48,586 nucleotides of DNA from an uncultured Anaerolineaceae bacterium (GTDB taxonomy: Bacteria; Chloroflexota; Anaerolineae; Anaerolineales; DRMV01). The notes under the pieces are model-generated. The model was not told the DNA's origin. It did no database searches and saw only the letters and a program-made list of their open reading frames with translations. Within the stretch, counting starts at the first letter, position 1. Each line of letters starts with the position of its first letter. The stretch is from assembly GCA_964474015.1 (NCBI GenBank), contig CAYYRG010000001.1, positions 1 to 48,586 on the forward strand, in the 5' to 3' direction. Made by a program: the position numbers and the translations under genes. Below, in pieces: positions 43,059 through 48,586 of the stretch.

Positions 43059-44306
43059 TTAGACTTTCGCCAGGGCGTTTTCCAGGTCGGCGAGAATGTC
43101 TTCAGTGTTTTCGATGCCCACCGAGAGGCGCACCAACCCATCGGTGATTCCCATGGCCTCGCGCTCTTCTTTGGGCACCCCTGCATGGGTCATGCTGGCC
43201 GGATGCTCGATGAGGGTATCGACGTTGCCCAGGCTGACGGCCAGGGTTGCCAGACGGACGTGCTCCATCAGAGCCACCCCGGCCTCCAGGCCACCTTTGA
43301 GTTCAAACGAAAGCATGCCGCTGTAGCAGTGCATTTGCTTTTTGGCGACTTCGTGCCCCGGAAAACTTTCCAGACCGGGGTACATCACCCGGGCGACTTT
43401 GGGGTGTTTTTCCAAAAACTGGGCTACAGCCATGCTGTTTTCGCAATGTCGCTGCATTCTAACCTCAAAAGTCTTCAAACCAATGTTCGTCAGCCAGGCA
43501 TCGAAGGGGCTGGGGGAGGTGCCCACGCTCTTGAGCACGCTCTTGAAGTCGGTGCGCATGAATTCCAGATGAGGGCTGACGACCGCCCCGCCTACCACCA
43601 CCCCGTGGCCGGTAATGTATTTGGTGGTGGAGTGTAAAACAATATCAGCGCCCAAAGTAAGCGGGCGCTGACAGTAAGGGGTGGCAAAGGTGTTGTCCAC
43701 ACACATCCACGCGCCATGCTGGTGGGCAATTTCCGCCACGCCCGCAAGGTCGGTAACGCCCATCGAGGGATTGGCCGGCGTCTCAACATAAGCCAGCCGC
43801 GCCTCAGGATGTTTTTCAAAGGCGGCAGCCCAACTGTCCAGGCTGGCACCTTCCACCCACACCACCCGAATGCCGATGCGGGGGGCAATGGTGTGCAGGA
43901 ATTCGAACGTGCCGCCATAGACGACTTCTTGCGCAATGACGGTATCGCCGGCTTTGGCCCGTGCCATGATGGCGGTGCTCACTGCCCCCATGCCGGTCGA
44001 AAGCACCCAGCCGGCGACCAGTTCATCGAGGCTCTTTTCGGGGTGCTGACGGAGCAGGTCATAGGCTTCCAGGGCTGCAATTTTGCGGGCCAGGTGCTTG
44101 CTGTTGGGGTTCCCGATGCGGGTGTAAATGTAGCCTTCCCCCTTGCCGGCAAAAAGGGCTGCACCGGTGGCAACATCGGGGAAACTAAACGTCGAGGTTT
44201 GATAAATTGGGGTCACGTGGGCATGGTTGGGGTCTTGCCCTTCGCCCACGTGGACGGCCAGGGTGCTCATACCCAGGCGCGACCAGTCCATCTCTGCATG
44301 GCTCAT
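43059..44306 (-). CDS. PLP-dependent Cys/Met-metabolism enzyme (O-acetylhomoserine sulfhydrylase / methionine gamma-lyase family)
   Basis: PLP-lysine motif STTKYITGHG. Length and overall pattern are typical of the trans-sulfuration family. The exact activity cannot be assigned by eye. Confidence 0.88.
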   Translation of the reverse strand: MSHAEMDWSRLGMSTLAVHVGEGQDPNHAHVTPIYQTSTFSFPDVATGAALFAGKGEGYIYTRIGNPNSKHLARKIAALEAYDLLRQHPEKSLDELVAGWVLSTGMGAVSTAIMARAKAGDTVIAQEVVYGGTFEFLHTIAPRIGIRVVWVEGASLDSWAAAFEKHPEARLAYVETPANPSMGVTDLAGVAEIAHQHGAWMCVDNTFATPYCQRPLTLGADIVLHSTTKYITGHGVVVGGAVVSPHLEFMRTDFKSVLKSVGTSPSPFDAWLTNIGLKTFEVRMQRHCENSMAVAQFLEKHPKVARVMYPGLESFPGHEVAKKQMHCYSGMLSFELKGGLEAGVALMEHVRLATLAVSLGNVDTLIEHPASMTHAGVPKEEREAMGITDGLVRLSVGIENTEDILADLENALAKV

Positions 44307-44383
44307 CTTGATCTCCTTACGTTTTCGAAGATTAGAAGGGGTTTGACGCCGCGCGATTGGCGGCTTCGCGGGAAACCCGCGGG

Positions 44384-45640
44384 TTACACCTGGAGGATGT
44401 GCTGCATGGGTGAGGCCTGTGAGGGGTTGCGGGGAAGCACGACGACCATCGTGGTGCCTTTGCCTTCTTCGCTTTCGGCCCAGATGGTGCCGCCGTGGGC
44501 TTCGGCCATGGCTTTGGCAATGGCGAGCCCCAGTCCCAGCCCTCCGTGGCGGCGGGTGAGGTGCTTTTCAACCTGATAAAAACGCTCGAAAATCCGGCGC
44601 AGATCTTGCGCTGGAATACCAATGCCGGTATCGGTGACCAGAATTTGAAGATAGTCTTGCAAAGGCTGCAAGGCCACCTCCACACGCCCACCGGGGTCGG
44701 TAAACGTGAGGGCGTTGCGCAGCAGGTGGCGCAGCAACACCCGGATTTTTTCGGGTTCCACTTTGGCGGGGGTAGAGGTTTGTGGGAGGTGGAGTTCCAG
44801 CCGAATATGCCGCTCGGCAGCCTGGGGCTGGAAGGCCGCGACGACTTCCTGTAACAGGGCGTTCAAGTCAATGCGCTGCAAGCGAAGCACCGTGCGGCCT
44901 TGCTGGTAGTTTTCGATTTGGCTAAGTTCTTCAACAATATCTTTCAGCCGGAGGGCTGCCCGCGTGAGGGTTTGCATCGGCCCTTTGTAAGGCTCGTCGA
45001 GCACTTCTTGCAAATGGGTCGCGTAGCCCAAAATGATGCCCAGGGGGGTACGCAATTCATGAGAGGCAATGGCAATAAAGTCAGACTTCATCTGGTCGAC
45101 TTTTTGCAATTCTTCATAGGCCTGGCGGGCTTCCTTCATCAGGCGCGCATTGTGGAGGGCAATGGCTGCATGGGCGGCCAGGGTTTGCAGGGTTTCGGCA
45201 TCTTCGGCAGTGAAGCCGCCAGGTTTGTTGAGGGCTTCCAACACACCCAGGGGGCGTCTTTCCAGCAACAGCGGCACGGCGATGAGGTTGCGGGTGGTAA
45301 AGCGCAAAGCGTGGTCTACCTGCTGAAAATGCTGCGGCGAGCGCGCGACGTTGGCTTCGATGATCGGCTTGCGTTGGGCTAAGGCTTTCCCCGCAATGCT
45401 GCCCCGCAACGGAACGGCCTGATCTTTGAGGCGTTCCCAATGCCCCGGCGTCGCGGCGGCAAAATGGAGTTGGTTGCTTTCCTCATCGTAGAGTAAAATA
45501 GAGGCGGCTTCGCTCTTGGTGAGTTCCATTGCCGCCTGGATGACCGCTTTTAGCACTGCCTGGGGTTCCAGGGTGGTACTCAAGGTGCGGCTGACTTCCA
45601 ACAGCCGTTCCAGGCGATGGACGCGGTCGTGGGTGCGCAT
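44384..45640 (-). CDS. GAF-domain sensor histidine kinase (cytoplasmic)
   Basis: N-terminal GAF-like region. H-box SDFIAIASHELRTPL, N-box LLRNALTFT, G-boxes DTGIGIP and GLGLGLAIAK. ATG 45640 has GGAGG upstream. Confidence 0.9.
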   Translation of the reverse strand: MRTHDRVHRLERLLEVSRTLSTTLEPQAVLKAVIQAAMELTKSEAASILLYDEESNQLHFAAATPGHWERLKDQAVPLRGSIAGKALAQRKPIIEANVARSPQHFQQVDHALRFTTRNLIAVPLLLERRPLGVLEALNKPGGFTAEDAETLQTLAAHAAIALHNARLMKEARQAYEELQKVDQMKSDFIAIASHELRTPLGIILGYATHLQEVLDEPYKGPMQTLTRAALRLKDIVEELSQIENYQQGRTVLRLQRIDLNALLQEVVAAFQPQAAERHIRLELHLPQTSTPAKVEPEKIRVLLRHLLRNALTFTDPGGRVEVALQPLQDYLQILVTDTGIGIPAQDLRRIFERFYQVEKHLTRRHGGLGLGLAIAKAMAEAHGGTIWAESEEGKGTTMVVVLPRNPSQASPMQHILQV

Positions 45641-45757
45641 GGGAAAATCCTCCACAGCGAGATTATAGCATAGCAGGAGCCTTTGTAGCGTGCGGTGGGA
45701 TGGGTGCCCGGCCCACCCACGCCGACTTTACCCCAATTTTTCAGGAGGCAGCACATC

Positions 45758-46849
45758 ATGGGAGACAAGAAAGTCCGTGTAGCCATCATTGGCGTAGGCA
45801 ACTGCGCCTCGGCTCTCGTCCAGGGGGTGCATTTCTACCGCAACGCCAAAGACGACGACATCGTGCCCGGCCTGATGCACGTCAACCTGGGGGGGTATCA
45901 CATCAGCGATATCGAGTTCACCGCCGCCTTTGACATCGTCGATACCAAAGTGGGCAAAGACCTCTCGGAGGCCATTTTCGCCTACCCCAACAACACCTAT
46001 AAATTCGCCGATGTACCGCATCTGGGCGTGCCAGTTTATCGCGGCATGACCCACGACGGTCTGGGGAAGTATCTCTCGCAGGTTTTGAAGAAAGCCCCTG
46101 GCCCCACTGCTGACATTGTCAAAATCCTCAAAGACACCGGCACCGACGTGGTCATCAACTTCCTGCCTGTGGGCTCGGAAATGGCGACCAAATGGTACGT
46201 CGAGCAGGTGCTGGAAGCCGGAACCGCTTTCGTGAACGGCATTCCGGTGTTCATTGCCAGCTCGGAATATTGGGCCAAACGCTTCCGAGACCGTGGCCTG
46301 CCCATCATTGGCGACGACATCAAATCGCAGGTCGGTGCCACGATTCTCCACCGCACGCTCACCACCTTGTTTGTCGACCGGGGTGTGCGCGTCGACCGCA
46401 CCTATCAACTGAACTTTGGCGGGAACACCGATTTCCTCAACATGCTGGAACGCGAACGGCTGGAATCCAAGAAAATTTCCAAAACCGGCGCGGTGACCAG
46501 CACCCTGCCTTATGAAATTGCGCCGGAGAACATTCACGTCGGCCCCAGCGACTACGTGCCCTGGCTGACCGACCGCAAATGGGCTTACATTCGCATGGAA
46601 GGCACAACCTTCGGCGAGGTGCCGCTCAATGTGGAAGTCAAACTGGAAGTGTGGGATTCCCCCAATTCGGCAGGGGTGATGATCGACGCCATCCGCTGCG
46701 CCAAGTTGGGGCTGGACCGGGGCCTGGCGGGGCCGCTCATTGGCCCGGCATCTTACTTTATGAAGACGCCACCCAAGCAGTTCCGCGACGATGTGGCCCG
46801 CGAGATGACCGAAGCGTTCATCCGGGGCGAAGAGATGCCCGAGCCATAA
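45758..46849 (+). CDS. ino1: Inositol-3-phosphate synthase (myo-inositol-1-phosphate synthase)
   Basis: [18 protein letters not shown] Rossmann N-terminus, and [11 protein letters not shown] and NFGGNTDF regions typical of bacterial/archaeal MIPS. ATG 45758 has AGGAGG upstream. Confidence 0.9.
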   Translation: MGDKKVRVAIIGVGNCASALVQGVHFYRNAKDDDIVPGLMHVNLGGYHISDIEFTAAFDIVDTKVGKDLSEAIFAYPNNTYKFADVPHLGVPVYRGMTHDGLGKYLSQVLKKAPGPTADIVKILKDTGTDVVINFLPVGSEMATKWYVEQVLEAGTAFVNGIPVFIASSEYWAKRFRDRGLPIIGDDIKSQVGATILHRTLTTLFVDRGVRVDRTYQLNFGGNTDFLNMLERERLESKKISKTGAVTSTLPYEIAPENIHVGPSDYVPWLTDRKWAYIRMEGTTFGEVPLNVEVKLEVWDSPNSAGVMIDAIRCAKLGLDRGLAGPLIGPASYFMKTPPKQFRDDVAREMTEAFIRGEEMPEP

Positions 46850-46882
46850 GCCGCGCGGCGGACAGTGCGGTACAATCAGGGC

Positions 46883-47428
46883 ATGAACACCCTGCTCGGC
46901 AAGTTGGCGCTGGTCGCGGCGGTGGCAGGCATGGTGTTGCTGGGGTGGGGGCTGTGGCCCCCGCCGCGGCACGCCTATGCCGCCGAACTGGGCCCCGCGC
47001 GGGTGGTTTTCACGGTGCCTACGGCCATGCACCTGGGCGACGCTCTTGTGGCTCGCCTGGAAGTCTTCCCTGCCGCGGCTTCGCCCTCACCGGAAGCCAG
47101 CAACGCGCCGCCGTTGCGCCAGCTGGCAGCGCGGCTGACGTTCAACGGCGTGCAGGTGGAACCGCCGGGGGAAGTCAACCTGACGCTTGGGCAGAAAGCC
47201 CCCGCGCGCCTGACCTGGCGCCTGAAGGCCCTGGCGGTGGGCGACGACGTGGGTAGTTTTTGGATGTATCAGGTTTTTCCCGATGGCAGCCGTCGGGCAC
47301 GCCTGAGCTATCCACTGCATTTGCAGGTAAGCACTTTCATGGGGTTGAGCAGTTCAGAAGCCCGGTTGTTGGGCCTTTTCGCCGTGTTCGTCGCGGCGGT
47401 GCTCGCGTTTGCGGCGCGGCGGCAGTAA
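46883..47428 (+). CDS. Hypothetical membrane-anchored protein
   Basis: N-terminal and C-terminal hydrophobic helices flank a segment of about 120 aa with no motif I recognise. The start is ATG 46883, or GTG 46865. Confidence 0.6.
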   Translation: MNTLLGKLALVAAVAGMVLLGWGLWPPPRHAYAAELGPARVVFTVPTAMHLGDALVARLEVFPAAASPSPEASNAPPLRQLAARLTFNGVQVEPPGEVNLTLGQKAPARLTWRLKALAVGDDVGSFWMYQVFPDGSRRARLSYPLHLQVSTFMGLSSSEARLLGLFAVFVAAVLAFAARRQ

Positions 47429-47466
47429 CACCCCGCGCCGCCCTATGGTACAAAAGGAGTTGTGCG

Positions 47467-48231
47467 ATGTCCCGTTTTGTTGACCTCTCGGCCCCCATTG
47501 CCCCCAGCCCCGAAGGCACGCCGCCTTTCCTGCAGGTGGCTATCGAATATCACGACCACAAGGCCGGGGCAGCGCAAGCGCAGGCTTTGCTCAAAGTGCC
47601 GCCGGCGCTCTTCCGCCACGGTGAAGGATGGGCAACGGAGACCATCACCCGCCTCGGCACCCACGACAGTACACACGTCGACGCCCCTTACCACTACAAC
47701 AGCACCATCCAGGGCAAACCGGCGCAAACGATCGACCAGTTGCCCCTCGAATGGTTCTTTAGCGATGGCGTGGTGCTGGATATGACCCACAAAAGCAAGG
47801 GCAACCCTGTCACCGCTGAAGACATTCAAAAGGAACTCGCCCGTATTGGCTATACGCTCAAGCCGTTGGATATTGTACTGGTGCACACCGGGCAGGATCA
47901 ATTCTACAATGCCCCCGATTATCTCTTTCGCGGGCCGGGGGTGACCGCTGAAGCCACGGTATGGCTTTACGAGCAAGGCATACGCGTGATGGGCATTGAT
48001 GCCTGGGGTTGGGATGAGCCTCTGGACTTGCAGGCGCAAAAAGCGCTGAAGGCCGGTAAGCCGGGGATTTTCTGGGCTGCCCACCAGGTCGACTTGCCCT
48101 ATGCTCAGATCGAGCGGCTGGTCAATTTGGATCAATTGCCACCCTTTGGATTCAAGGTGGCATGTTTCCCCCTGAAGATTCAAGGCGGCAGCGCCGGCCC
48201 GGCGCGGGTGGTGGCGATTTTGGGAGATTGA
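47467..48231 (+). CDS. Cyclase-family protein (kynurenine formamidase-like metallohydrolase)
   Basis: GTHDSTHVDAPYHY (HxxxxDxPxH-type motif). ATG 47467 has AGGAG upstream. Confidence 0.85.
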   Translation: MSRFVDLSAPIAPSPEGTPPFLQVAIEYHDHKAGAAQAQALLKVPPALFRHGEGWATETITRLGTHDSTHVDAPYHYNSTIQGKPAQTIDQLPLEWFFSDGVVLDMTHKSKGNPVTAEDIQKELARIGYTLKPLDIVLVHTGQDQFYNAPDYLFRGPGVTAEATVWLYEQGIRVMGIDAWGWDEPLDLQAQKALKAGKPGIFWAAHQVDLPYAQIERLVNLDQLPPFGFKVACFPLKIQGGSAGPARVVAILGD

Positions 48232-48264
48232 GCACGACGCGCTGAACAAAAGGCGATAACCGAG

Positions 48265-48295
48265 AAAGCGAGCCCAAAAACGGCTCGCTTTTCCC
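48265..48295 (+). terminator. Rho-independent terminator after the cyclase gene
   Basis: aaagcgagcc / ggctcgcttt stem with 7-nt loop, followed by a T-rich tail. Confidence 0.7.
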
Positions 48296-48505
48296 ATTTC
48301 ACGGCACTGCAGCACACATTTTGCAAATCTTTCGGGGGACATAGGCCCAGGCACCACCGTCCGAGGGAGTATGGGACGCAGGGTATGCCAACAGCAGGAT
48401 ACACACCGATTTTTCCGCATGTCCGCGCCCTCCTGCCCTTCACAAGCAAAACGCCGCCTCGGCAACAACGGCTTTGCCTGGTTCCCTCGGCGTCCGTCGC
48501 CGCGC

Positions 48506-48556
48506 TTGACAGCCCAGGACTTTGGGTTTAAACTCCATACTGACCAGTCAGTCAGT
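48506..48556 (+). promoter_or_regulatory. Sigma70 promoter with overlapping palindromic operator
   Basis: TTGACA (48506-48511), 17-nt spacer, TAAACT (48529-48534). ACTGACCAGTCAGTCAGT (48539-48556) contains CTGAC-ca-GTCAG and ACTGAC-n6-GTCAGT symmetry at the predicted start site. Confidence 0.5.
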
Positions 48557-48573
48557 TATTTGAAGAGGTGCTC

Positions 48574-48586
48574 ATGCCCCCCCGTC
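48574..48586 (+). CDS. 5' end of an unidentified gene (truncated by the window edge)
   Basis: ATG 48574 is preceded by GAAGAGG and by the promoter/operator above. Only 4 codons are visible. Confidence 0.35.

Noticed and set aside
48336-48365. Possible fourth, fragmentary copy of the intergenic repeat.
   Set aside because: Only about 20 nt of loose similarity. The diagnostic gcgttggg and cattgcgagc...cgaagcaa blocks are absent, and the orientation rule seen for the other copies is not met.
1-48586. CRISPR arrays, transposases or IS elements, prophage genes, toxin-antitoxin pairs and recognised defence systems.
   Set aside because: I saw no short regularly spaced repeats and no integrase, transposase or recombinase motifs. 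No nuclease/ATPase gene pairs typical of known defence systems appear in any frame.

Overview
GC-rich bacterial chromosomal segment (GC judged by eye, not computed). It is densely coding: about 47 protein genes and one tRNA-Pro(UGG). I found no transposase, integrase, phage gene or CRISPR array. Gene content (many Ser/Thr kinases, FHA and PP2C proteins, lipoprotein-type ABC binding proteins, probable leaderless mRNAs) would fit a Chloroflexota-like organism, but I cannot verify that from this window. Functional blocks, left to right: (1) hsp20, a methyltransferase and a crotonase; (2) tRNA-Pro, then an OmpR-type regulator, a PhoR-like kinase and pstS; (3) an ArsR/SmtB repressor with a P1B heavy-metal ATPase; (4) a LacI-controlled CUT1 sugar ABC operon; (5) ffh; (6) a tightly packed seven-gene signalling operon (beta-propeller Ser/Thr kinase, lipoprotein, PP2C, J-domain-vWA, zinc-ribbon FHA, 80-aa ORF, OmpR regulator) facing a second, tail-anchored kinase; (7) an orphan XdhC-like gene and an orphan BMP lipoprotein; (8) an AmmeMemoRadiSam-type radical SAM enzyme with a long uridine-kinase-like protein; (9) a ten-gene co-directional array running from tsaE-tsaB-rimI-UDG straight into a polyprenyl-phosphate-type glycosylation locus that contains an HprK-like P-loop protein; (10) a YtrA-like GntR, SPFH and SdpI-like operon; (11) an esterase, an MFS transporter, a sulfhydrylase-like PLP enzyme, a GAF histidine kinase, inositol-3-phosphate synthase and a cyclase. 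Intergenic regions carry near-consensus sigma70-type promoters (TTGACA-17-TATAAT-like), which I used to refine start codons. The candidates I consider most worth follow-up are: (a) an unrecognised intergenic repeat family with three copies, each antisense to its flanking genes and each ending 14-17 nt upstream of a -35 box; (b) the J-vWA/FHA/PP2C/kinase/regulator operon; (c) the HprK-like protein inside the glycosylation locus; (d) unusual operator-like repeats in the GntR/SPFH/SdpI operon. All family assignments rest on motifs read by eye from the translations. No database search was run.
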